This document shows, piece by piece, positions 1 to 8,840 of a stretch of 64,000 nt of DNA. A program made the translations under genes and the position numbers. Below the pieces are notes generated by a model. The model ran no database searches and was not told the origin of the DNA. It saw only the letters and a program-made list of their open reading frames with translations. The stretch spans positions 119,660 to 183,659 of the forward strand of contig JAWLBL010000003.1 in assembly GCA_041687695.1 (NCBI GenBank), written 5' to 3'. The stretch is from Myxococcota bacterium. Its GTDB lineage: Bacteria; Myxococcota_A; UBA9042; PHBI01; JAWLBL01. Position 1 is the stretch's first letter. Each line of letters starts with the position of its first letter.

Positions 1-197
1 TGCATGATGGGTCGACGATAGCAGTGGCCCCGGGGCCGGTCGACCAAGGAGGTGCCGACGGCCCGCGCGGGGGGCGGTGTTCAGGGTGCCGGTGCGCGCC
101 GTCAGGGACCCGCCAGGGTCGCGACACGGGGGGCGAGTGTGAGCATCAACCGGCCGCCGAACCACGCCATTTCCGGCCGAACCCGCTCCAAGGGGTT

Positions 198-451
198 CGC
201 GGCGCCCGCGAAGCCGAGTTGGCGATTCGTGCGGCCTACGCGGCGGCCGTGAAGCCGAGTTGGCGACTTCGAGGAGGCTTCGCGGCCGCCTCGAAGGCAC
301 CTCCACGGCGCTACGCGCGTCCGCGGCGCCCGCGAGGGTCCTTCGAAACCCAGAACGACCCCTCGCGGGCACCGCGGAGGGTCCTCGAGCGCCCGAGAGG
401 CCTCCGCGGCGCCCGCGGAGGTCATTTGAAATTCAAAACGACCCTTCGCGG
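198..451. repeat. Tandem array of six palindromic units, 41/42-bp period, variable loops
   Basis: CGCGG core at 198, 239, 281, 322, 364, 405, 447; each unit is CCGCG..stem / ~15-17 nt loop / stem..CGCGG. Confidence 0.8.
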
Positions 452-1023
452 CGTTTGGCAGGAGGTTCTGCGGGCATCAGCGCCGAGACGGGGAGGGTCA
501 CGTCGGGGAAGGCGGCGACGGCGAGCGTGTCGCCAGGCCGGAGGGTCCGGAGCTCACCGTAGTGGCCGCCGTCGGGTTCGCGGTGGACCTCGACCGCGCG
601 GGCGCCGACGTCGATGAGCCAGACCTCGGGCAGCCCGGCCTCGGCATAGAGCGCGAGCTTGAGTCGATCGCGCTCGGGCCGGGACTCCGCGACCTCGACG
701 ATCAGGTGAGCCGTCGTCGGGTGGCCGTCCCAATAGTCGCCGGGCGGAACGATGGCGAGGTCGGGCTCGGGCTCGGAGTCGTCGGACAGGGCCAGCGGCA
801 TCTGGATACGCACTTCGGCGCGGCCGGCCAGCGGGCCGAGCAGGCTGCGATTGAGAACCTGGATGATCGATGCGTGACGGGATCCCTGAGGGCTCATGAG
901 GCAGAGGACCCCGCGCAGCAGCTCGAGCCGGTCGTCGCCGAAGGCCCCGAGCTCGACCAGGCGCTCGTATTCGCTGCGGCGGAGCGGTCGGAATGCGTCG
1001 GAAGCGGCCATGAGGAAGTTCAT
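433..1023 (-). CDS. Uma2 family (DUF820) PD-(D/E)XK-like endonuclease
   Basis: RLELLRG...MSPQGSRH, EPEPDLAIV, LIVEVAES, KLALYAEAGLPEVWLID motifs. Confidence 0.9.
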   Translation of the reverse strand: MNFLMAASDAFRPLRRSEYERLVELGAFGDDRLELLRGVLCLMSPQGSRHASIIQVLNRSLLGPLAGRAEVRIQMPLALSDDSEPEPDLAIVPPGDYWDGHPTTAHLIVEVAESRPERDRLKLALYAEAGLPEVWLIDVGARAVEVHREPDGGHYGELRTLRPGDTLAVAAFPDVTLPVSALMPAEPPAKRREGSF

Positions 1024-1074
1024 GCCCCAAGTATCGGACCATGGGGCGCCTGAATCCAGCCTCGCGGGCGTTCG

Positions 1075-1953
1075 TCAGCGCGAGGCGTCCGAGGCGCTGG
1101 CAGCCGGCGCGGCGGCGGCCGCGGGCGCGCCGAAGTGCTTGTCGGGGTCGCCGAACCACTGGTGGACGACGCGCGAGATGACGGCGGCGTGGAAGCCGTC
1201 GATGAAGCGGTGGTCGAAGGTCGCGTTGATCTTCATCAGCTTGCGGATGACGACCTGGCCGTCCTCGGCGACGGGGACCTCTTTGACGGCGCCGACCGCC
1301 AGCACCATCGGGACGCGCGAGTAGGGGACCAGCGGGGCGTAGGCGAGATCGAGGCCCAGCGAGCCGACGTTGGTGATCATCACCGAGCCGAAAGGGTCCT
1401 TGGGCAGGCCGGCCCAGCGCAGATCCAGGTTCAGCGTGAAGGACAGGAACGAGACCAGCTTGAGGAAGGGGTTGAGCAAGAAGAAGGGCATCCACTTGAA
1501 CAGGCCCCGCGTCTTCTCGAGCGCCGGGTCGGTGCGCTTGCGGACGGCGTCGACCTTGGCCTGGAACTCGTCGAAGCACTGCTCGAGCGACTTCTGGTCC
1601 ACGTCGTAGAGGGTGGCGCCCGACAGGTCGACCTTGTCCTCGCCCTCGTCGGTCATCACGACCTGGAAGAAGACGCCGATGGACTTGCGCTTGTAGGGGC
1701 GGTTGAAGCGCAGGATGGCGTTGGCGTCGGGGATGCGGGCGAAGCCGGCGGCGATGGCCTTGGCCATCATGTGGCTGACGGTCAGCTTCTTGCCCGTCGC
1801 GGCGCGCCAGCGCTCGAGGTAGTCCATGGCGCGGTCCATCTGGACCTCCATGGTGCCGTAGACGCTGGGGTCGTAGGTCGTCTTCCAGGTCCCGATGGCG
1901 ATCTTGCGGAAGTTCGAGACCGGGTGCGGCTTGTGCAGTTCGACGTTCGGCAT
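1075..1953 (-). CDS. 2-oxo acid dehydrogenase E2-like acyltransferase, catalytic domain only
   Basis: ITNVGSLG and ATFDHRFIDG (HxxxDG) motifs; no lipoyl domain. Confidence 0.85.
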   Translation of the reverse strand: MPNVELHKPHPVSNFRKIAIGTWKTTYDPSVYGTMEVQMDRAMDYLERWRAATGKKLTVSHMMAKAIAAGFARIPDANAILRFNRPYKRKSIGVFFQVVMTDEGEDKVDLSGATLYDVDQKSLEQCFDEFQAKVDAVRKRTDPALEKTRGLFKWMPFFLLNPFLKLVSFLSFTLNLDLRWAGLPKDPFGSVMITNVGSLGLDLAYAPLVPYSRVPMVLAVGAVKEVPVAEDGQVVIRKLMKINATFDHRFIDGFHAAVISRVVHQWFGDPDKHFGAPAAAAAPAASASDASR

Positions 1954-1986
1954 GCCGCCGACGATAGCAGGCGGGGCGGAGCGTCG

Positions 1987-2586
1987 CTACGGCACCACCG
2001 GGGAGAGGCGCTTGCGGTGGCCGACCCAGCGGGTGTCGGCGGCGGCGAGGCGCCAGGGGGCGGCCTGGTCCTCGGGGGAGGCGTAGCCGATGCCGACGCG
2101 GGGGCCGGCCAGGATGGCGGGCGGGGTGGGGCCGTCGAGGACCTCGAGGCCGCCGGGCTCGAAGAGCGGGTGGTGGCTCCAGGTGGTGTCGAGGGCCAGG
2201 GCGGCGCCGACCTTGCCGGGGCCGTCGAGCAGGGCGGGGCCGTCGAGGCCGCGGCGGCGCTGGCGGACGAGGTCCAGGCCGGCCAGGGGCTCGCAGGCGC
2301 GGACGAGGACCGCGGCGCCGTCGCCCTCGGGGCCGGTCACCAGGTTCAGCATCGGGTGGATGCCGTAGCAGACGTAGACGTAGGCGTGGCCGGGCGGGCC
2401 CCACATCGGGGCGTTGCGGGCGGTGCGGCCGGCGCGGCAGTGGTTGGCCGTGTCGCCCGGCCAGCGGTAGGCCTCGGTCTCGGTGATGCGCAGCACGATG
2501 TCGCCCAGGCGCAGGCGCCGGCCCAGCAGATCGCGCGCCACGTCCAGCGCGTCGCGGGCGTAGAAGGCCTGGGGCAGCAGGCTCAT
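1987..2586 (-). CDS. mpg: DNA-3-methyladenine glycosylase (MPG/AAG family)
   Basis: FYARDALDVARDLLG, ITETEAY, AYVYVCYGIH, AVLVRA, GPGK, GPRVGI motifs; frame stays open up to ATG 2745. Confidence 0.92.
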   Translation of the reverse strand: MSLLPQAFYARDALDVARDLLGRRLRLGDIVLRITETEAYRWPGDTANHCRAGRTARNAPMWGPPGHAYVYVCYGIHPMLNLVTGPEGDGAAVLVRACEPLAGLDLVRQRRRGLDGPALLDGPGKVGAALALDTTWSHHPLFEPGGLEVLDGPTPPAILAGPRVGIGYASPEDQAAPWRLAAADTRWVGHRKRLSPVVP

Positions 2587-2593
2587 CGGGTTA

Positions 2594-2758
2594 GGAGGCT
2601 GTAGTGAATGAGCTGATTCGCCGGCTCCGGCCGATCTTGGGCAGCTCCGGCCCCGGGAGACGCTGCGGCGAACCGCCCGGTTCACCTCGGTCTCCCGGAA
2701 CCGGATCTGCTCCAACCTCGGCTCGGATCCGACAAATCCCATCATTCACTACAGCCTC

Positions 2759-2759
<1 letters not shown>
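2594..2759. mobile_element. 166-bp MITE with perfect 18-bp terminal inverted repeats and TA duplication
   Basis: GGAGGCTGTAGTGAATGA (2594-2611) / TCATTCACTACAGCCTCC (2742-2759), flanked by TA (2592-2593, 2760-2761). Confidence 0.85.
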
Positions 2760-3531
<772 letters not shown>

Positions 3532-3535
<4 letters not shown>

Positions 3536-4587
3536 GTGGCCTCGAGGGGGCGCTGGCCGCGGCGCAGGAGCCACAGGAAGGTCGGGCCGCCCAGGGTGGC
3601 GGTGAGGGCGCCGACCGGCAGCTCGGTGCCCAGCGGGCCGGCCAGGGCGCGGACCCCGGCGTCGGCCAGCACGACGAAGGCGGCGCCGGCCAGGGCCGAG
3701 GCGGGCAGCATCAGGCGGTGGTCGGGGCCCAGGGCCAGGCGGACGCCGTGGGGGACGATGAGGCCGACGAAGCCGATCATGCCGGTGGCGGCGACTACGG
3801 CGCCGATGGCCAGCGACAGGGCGACGAACAGGCCCAGGCGCAGGCGGTCGGGGTGGACGCCCAGGGTGCGGGCGGTGTCGTCGCCCAGGGCCAGGAGGTT
3901 CAGCGGGCGGGCCCCGGCGGCCAGGGCGGCGGCGGCGAGCAGGGCGGCGGCGGCGAGGGCGGGCAGGATGAGCGGCTGGCCGGGGTCGGGGGCGAGGCTG
4001 CCCATGAGGCGCAGCAGGACGCGCTGGACGGCGCCGGCCTCGGCCAGGGCCTGCAGGACCAGGAGCAGGGCGCCCGCGAAGGCGTTGAAGATGGCGCCGA
4101 CCAGCAGCATGTCCAGCGGCTGGATGCGGCCGCGGCGGGTGGCCAGGGCGGTGACGACGACCAGGGCGAGCAGGGCGCCCAGGAAGCCGCCGGCGGACTC
4201 GGCCAGGCCGCCGCCGGTGGTGAGCGGGGACAGGCCGAGGGCGGTGCCGGCGAGGGCGACCAGGGCGGCGCCAAGGGCTCCGCCGCCGGAGACGCCCAGG
4301 ATGAAAGGGTCGGCCAGGGGGTTGCGCAGCAGGCCCTGCAGGGCGGCGCCGCTGGCGGCCAGGACGGCGCCGGTGAGGAGGCCGGCGAGGACGCGGGGGA
4401 GGCGGTGGTCGACCAGGATGGTGTGGTCGACCGAGGCGGGGTCGCCCAGGGCGGCGGCGAGGTCGAGCGGGGTGGCGCCGATGAGCAGGCCGGCCAGGGC
4501 GCTCAGGGCGGCGACCAGGGCGAGGGCGGCGCTGACGAGGGCCAGCCGCGCGGCCGTGAGCGGCGGGCGGCGGGGCGCCCGGGTCAT
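3532..4587 (-). CDS. FecCD/BtuC family ABC transporter permease
   Basis: RLPRV, LQGLLRNPLADPFILGVSGG, LGDDTARTLGV, GMIGFVGLIVPH, ELPVG motifs. Confidence 0.93.
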
Positions 4588-5453
4588 CGGGGCGCGGGCT
4601 CCGCGAGGAGGGCGGTCAGGCGGGCCAGGGCGTCGGGCAGGCCGGGGCCGAGCAGGGTGAGGGTGTCGTCGGGCCAGACGTGGACGCGCGAGAGGGTGGC
4701 GGGGGGCAGGCCGGCGACGCCGGACCAGAAGGCGCGGGCGGTGGCGTCGTCGGGGAAGCGGGTGGTGGGCGAGACGTGGATGACGACGTCGGGGGCGAGG
4801 CGGACGATCTGCTCGAGGGGCAGGCGGGCGGTGACCGGGCCGCCCTGGGCGGCGTTGGTGGCGCCGAGGACGTCGAGCAGGGCGGCGATGTGGTCGCCGC
4901 CGCCGGTGGTGTAGACGTGGCCGGCGCTGACGTCGTAGACGAGCAGGACCTTGGGGGGGCGGGCGTCGCCGGGGCGGGCGGCGGCGGCGGCGCGGGCGGC
5001 GGCGAGGGCGGCGTCGAGGCGCTGGACCAGGGCGGCGGCGGGGGCGCGGGCGTCGAGGCGGTCGCCGATGGCGAGGGTGGCGGCGCGGAGATCGGCGACG
5101 GTGAGGAGCGGGAAGGAGACGACGTCGAGGCCGCCGTCGCGCAGGGAGGCGATGGCGTCGGTGGTGGTGGCGTACTCGCCGGCCAGGACGAGGTCGGGGC
5201 GCTGGGCGAGGACGCGCTCGGGGTCGGGGCGCATGTCGCCGACGACCGGCATGTGGGCGTCGCGCGGGCAGTAGCGGGTGACGCCGACCAGGTGCTCGGC
5301 GCGGCCGAGGTGGTGGACGAGGGCGGTGACCGAGGGGGTCAGCGAGACCACGCGGGGGCGCGGGACCGGGTGGTCGCCGCGGGCGTCGCGGCAGCCGGCG
5401 AGGGCCAGCAGGGCGAGCAGGGCGAGGGGCAGCAGGCGGGGGAGGGCGGGCAT
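4584..5453 (-). CDS. Periplasmic substrate-binding lipoprotein (BtuF/helical-backbone family)
   Basis: Lipobox LAGC; RVVSLTPSVT, LVGVTRYC, PDPERVLAQRPDLV; same operon as permease and ATPase. Confidence 0.85.
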   Translation of the reverse strand: MPALPRLLPLALLALLALAGCRDARGDHPVPRPRVVSLTPSVTALVHHLGRAEHLVGVTRYCPRDAHMPVVGDMRPDPERVLAQRPDLVLAGEYATTTDAIASLRDGGLDVVSFPLLTVADLRAATLAIGDRLDARAPAAALVQRLDAALAAARAAAAARPGDARPPKVLLVYDVSAGHVYTTGGGDHIAALLDVLGATNAAQGGPVTARLPLEQIVRLAPDVVIHVSPTTRFPDDATARAFWSGVAGLPPATLSRVHVWPDDTLTLLGPGLPDALARLTALLAEPAPR

Positions 5454-5512
5454 CACGGGCCGCGTGGTAACCCGCGGCGCGCGCCGGGCGCAAGGGTTGC
5501 CTGCGGGGGGCG

Positions 5513-6163
5513 TCAGGGCAGGCGGGCCTTGCCGAGGCCGGGGAGGGTGTCGCCGGGGCCGCCGCCGCGGGCGCCGCTGACGACGGTGGGGCGGCACAGG
5601 TAGTAGCCCTGGAAGTAGTCGAAGCCCATGGCGCGGCAGCGATCGAAGTCGTCGCGGGTCTCGACCTTCTCGGCGACCAGCTCGACGCCCATGGCGCGCA
5701 GGCGGGCGTAGCGGGTGGCGAGGAGATCGGGCGGGGTGGCCTGGACGTCGAGCTTGACGATGTGGGCCAGGGCCAGCAGGGGCTCGAGCTCGGGGCGGCC
5801 GTCGAAGTCGTCGAGGGCGATGCGGTAGCCGGCGGCGGCCAGGCGGCCGAGGGCCTCGACCAGGGCGTCGTCGACCTCGATGTCTTCGAGGATCTCGAGC
5901 ACGACGCGGTCCTGGGGCAGCGGCACCGGGAAGGGGCCGACGATGAAGCTGCGCGGCAGGTTGATGTAGGCGCGGTGGTCGCCGACGATCTTGTCGAGGC
6001 CGATCTCGAGGAAGGTGTTGAGCATCACCCGCGCCGAGGCCTCGTCGGGGTCGCTGAAGCGGGCCTGGTCGTCGTGCTCGTCGCCGCGGAAGAGGAGCTC
6101 GTAGGCCACGACCGACAGGTCGCGGTCGTAGATGGGCTGGCGGCCGACGTAGACGCGCATCAT
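5513..6163 (-). CDS. Stand-alone EAL-domain protein (YuxH/EAL-HDOD N-terminal type)
   Basis: GRQPIYD, YELLFR, LEILE, IALDDF, VKLD, AEKVET, FQGY. Confidence 0.85.
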   Translation of the reverse strand: MMRVYVGRQPIYDRDLSVVAYELLFRGDEHDDQARFSDPDEASARVMLNTFLEIGLDKIVGDHRAYINLPRSFIVGPFPVPLPQDRVVLEILEDIEVDDALVEALGRLAAAGYRIALDDFDGRPELEPLLALAHIVKLDVQATPPDLLATRYARLRAMGVELVAEKVETRDDFDRCRAMGFDYFQGYYLCRPTVVSGARGGGPGDTLPGLGKARLP

Positions 6164-6381
6164 GGAAGACGGACAACCTCCGGGCCCGCGCGGCCCGTCT
6201 GGCCCTTATAGCGGTGTCGGACTCGATCGGTCTACTAAGCGCGGTCGGCGGCGGCGCGCGCCCCGCTCGCGTCCGCTGCCGCGTGCCGAGGCGCGCGGTG
6301 GGCGGCGTTGCGGGCCGGGGGCGGGTCCGTTAGGAAGACGGGCGCGTTCCGGCCGGGAGGGACGCGCGGGAGCGACGGCGC

Positions 6382-7149
6382 GTGAAGTACTTCCGAACGG
6401 TGATGGCCTGGGTGCTGGGGATCTTCTGGACCGCGCTGGTGGCCGCGGTGGCGTTCGTGGCCGCGTTCGTGGATCGGCGGGGCGTCGTCTGGTGGCCCGC
6501 GTCGCGCCTGTGGGCGCGGGTGCTGCTGACGACCGGGGTGACGCGGCTGCGCCTGGTCGGCGCGGAGCGGATGGCCGCCATGCGCGGGGTCGTCTTCATG
6601 GCCAACCACCAGAGCCACTTCGACCCGCCGGCCCTCATCGCGGTGAGCGAGCGGCCGTGGTTCTTCCTGACCAAGAAGGAGCTGGCCTACTTCCCGATCT
6701 TCGGCTGGGCGCTGTGGATGGTCGGCCACATCTTCATCGACCGGAAGAACCCCAAGCGCGCGCGGGCCAGCATCGCGCGGGCGGCCGCCAAGATCGCGGC
6801 CGGCAAGAACGTCGTCATCTTCCCCGAGGGCACGCGCGCGGTCGGCGAGCAGCTGCTGCCGTTCAAGAAGGGCGGCTTCGTGCTGGCCATCCAGGGCGGC
6901 GTGCCAATCGTGCCGGTGGGCATCGCCGGGACGCGCGAGGTGCTGCCCAAGGGGTGGCGCTGGATGGGCAGCGGGCCTGTGACCATCGTGGTGGGCGAGC
7001 CGATCGACACCAGCGGCTACGCGATGGAGGACAAGGAGGCGCTGATGGCGTTGGTGCACCAGCGCATCGTGGCGCTGAGGGAGCGGGCCTACTCGCTCAA
7101 CGAACCCGAGGACGCCGAGCGGCTGGCCGAAGCGGTGCGCAGCGGCTGA
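6382..7149 (+). CDS. plsC: 1-acyl-sn-glycerol-3-phosphate acyltransferase (PlsC family)
   Basis: NHQSHFD, FIDR, IFPEGTR, FKKGGF, PIVPV. Confidence 0.9.
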   Translation: MKYFRTVMAWVLGIFWTALVAAVAFVAAFVDRRGVVWWPASRLWARVLLTTGVTRLRLVGAERMAAMRGVVFMANHQSHFDPPALIAVSERPWFFLTKKELAYFPIFGWALWMVGHIFIDRKNPKRARASIARAAAKIAAGKNVVIFPEGTRAVGEQLLPFKKGGFVLAIQGGVPIVPVGIAGTREVLPKGWRWMGSGPVTIVVGEPIDTSGYAMEDKEALMALVHQRIVALRERAYSLNEPEDAERLAEAVRSG

Positions 7150-7161
7150 GGGGGCGGTGGC

Positions 7162-8121
7162 TCAGCGGCGGCGCTCGCGCTTTTCGCGCTTGCGGATGAC
7201 CTCGGCGGCGCGCTTGGCCTTGATCTGCGGCGACGGGGGCTTGCCGGGGTGGCAGCGCTGCTCGGCGTGGTGCTCTTGCAGGGCGCCGGGAGAGACGCCG
7301 AGGTCGAAGAGCGTGACCTCGCGGCGGCCGCGCTCGCCCATGCGCAGCGGCATGACCGAGGCGCCGATGCCCGCGCCGACGTAGACGGCGCCGGAGGGCG
7401 GGACCTCGCGGCGGGTGCCGTACAGGCCGTGGACGTAGCGGTGGCCGATCATGCGGCCCAGGGTCAGCTCGTGCAGGCGGGCGAAGGTCAGCTGGCCGGC
7501 GTGGGTGTGGCCGGACAGGACCAGCGGCACGCCGGCGGCCCACAGGGCGTCGGCCTCCTCGGCGATGTGCGACAGGCCGATGGTGGGCAGATCGCGGCGC
7601 AGGCCGCGGACGGCGCGGGCGTGGTCGGCGTGGCCGGTGTAGGCGTCGTCGAGGCCGACGACCTGAAGGCGCTCGCCGCGCAGGGTGATGGTGGTGTGGG
7701 CGTTGTCGAGGACCTCGGCGCCGGCGCGGCGCAGGGCGCGGCGGACCTCGGGGGCGCCGGCCCAGTGGTCGTGGTTGCCGAGGACGGCGAAGACGGGGGC
7801 CTCGAACGCGGCGATGACCTCGCCGAGGGCGTCGAGGTAGGCCAGGCTGTGGGCGACGAAGTCGCCGGTGAGGGCGACGACGTCGGGGCGCTGGGCGTTG
7901 GCGAGGCCGACGGCGGCGCGCTGGACGCGCATGGGCGTGACCAGGCCGACGTGCTGGTCGGTCAGGTGGGCGACCCGCAGCGGCGTGGCCAGCTGCTCGC
8001 AGTGGCGCTCGGTGCCGGCGAAGCGGCGCAGCTCGACCCCGGCCAGCCGGACGGGGCCAGCCTCGCCGGTCAGCTCGGTCGGCGGCGCGCTGGGGAAGGG
8101 GTGCGAGGGGCGTTTGGCCAT
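7162..8121 (-). CDS. Metallophosphoesterase (YkuE/YaeI-like)
   Basis: HLTDQH, LTGDFV, VLGNHD, LSGHTHAGQ. Confidence 0.9.
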   Translation of the reverse strand: MAKRPSHPFPSAPPTELTGEAGPVRLAGVELRRFAGTERHCEQLATPLRVAHLTDQHVGLVTPMRVQRAAVGLANAQRPDVVALTGDFVAHSLAYLDALGEVIAAFEAPVFAVLGNHDHWAGAPEVRRALRRAGAEVLDNAHTTITLRGERLQVVGLDDAYTGHADHARAVRGLRRDLPTIGLSHIAEEADALWAAGVPLVLSGHTHAGQLTFARLHELTLGRMIGHRYVHGLYGTRREVPPSGAVYVGAGIGASVMPLRMGERGRREVTLFDLGVSPGALQEHHAEQRCHPGKPPSPQIKAKRAAEVIRKREKRERRR

Positions 8122-8200
8122 GGCGGGCACACTATAGGTCCAGGGGCTGGGTCGACCAAGCGCGCGATGGGGGGCGTCGCCGGGGGGCGCGCGGGGCCGA

Positions 8201-8710
8201 TCAGGACGCGTGGCCGCCCTCGTCGGGGCCGTGGTGGTGGCCGCCCTTGACCACCAGGACCGGCACCTTGGCGAGGCGGACCACCTTGTCGGCGGTCGAG
8301 CCCATCATCGCGTTGCGCAGCTTGGAGTGGCCGTGCGAGCCGATGACGAGGCGGGCGGCGTCCAGGTCGTCGGCGGCGTGGAGGATGGCCTCGGCGGGGC
8401 GGCCCTCGACCACCTCGACCTGGACGGCGAGCCCTGGGTGGGCTTCGGCGAGGCGGCGGGCCTCGTCGGCCAGGGCGCGCTCGGCGCGGTCGGTCCACGA
8501 GGCCTGCAGGTCGCTCCAGACGGGGGTCATGGCGTTGCCGCCCATCCACTCGAGCCCGACCGGGACCGGGGGGACGCCGCGGACGTGGAGCAGGATCAGC
8601 ACGCCGCCGGTGGCGACGACCTCGTCGGCGACCTCGTCGGCGGCGGCGCGGGCGGCCTCGGAGAAGTCGTGCGCCACCAGCCATCGCTTGGGGGTCGGAG
8701 CCTCGATCAT
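8201..8710 (-). CDS. Universal stress protein (UspA family)
   Basis: LVAHDFSE, ILLHV, LVIGSHG, MGSTADKVVRLAKVPVLVV. Confidence 0.92.
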   Translation of the reverse strand: MIEAPTPKRWLVAHDFSEAARAAADEVADEVVATGGVLILLHVRGVPPVPVGLEWMGGNAMTPVWSDLQASWTDRAERALADEARRLAEAHPGLAVQVEVVEGRPAEAILHAADDLDAARLVIGSHGHSKLRNAMMGSTADKVVRLAKVPVLVVKGGHHHGPDEGGHAS

Positions 8711-8840
8711 GGCGCGGCCTCGTGTCGGGGAGAGGCGCCCAAGGTATCACGGGCCCCGCGCCGCCGGTGACGCTCCGGCCCCCGTTGTGCCGCGGGCACG
8801 GGCCTTCTATGCTCGCGACCGCGTTGACCTGGAGGCGCCG

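Noticed and set aside
198..451. CRISPR array
   Set aside because: Units are degenerate, the period is only 41-42 bp, the variable part is enclosed within a hairpin, and there are no cas genes in the window
24..617. ORFs spanning the window start and the hairpin array
   Set aside because: Repeat-derived, no RBS or motifs, and they overlap Uma2 antisense
5454..5512. Cobalamin riboswitch or Fur box upstream of the ABC importer
   Set aside because: The gap is only about 60 bp and contains no recognisable motif
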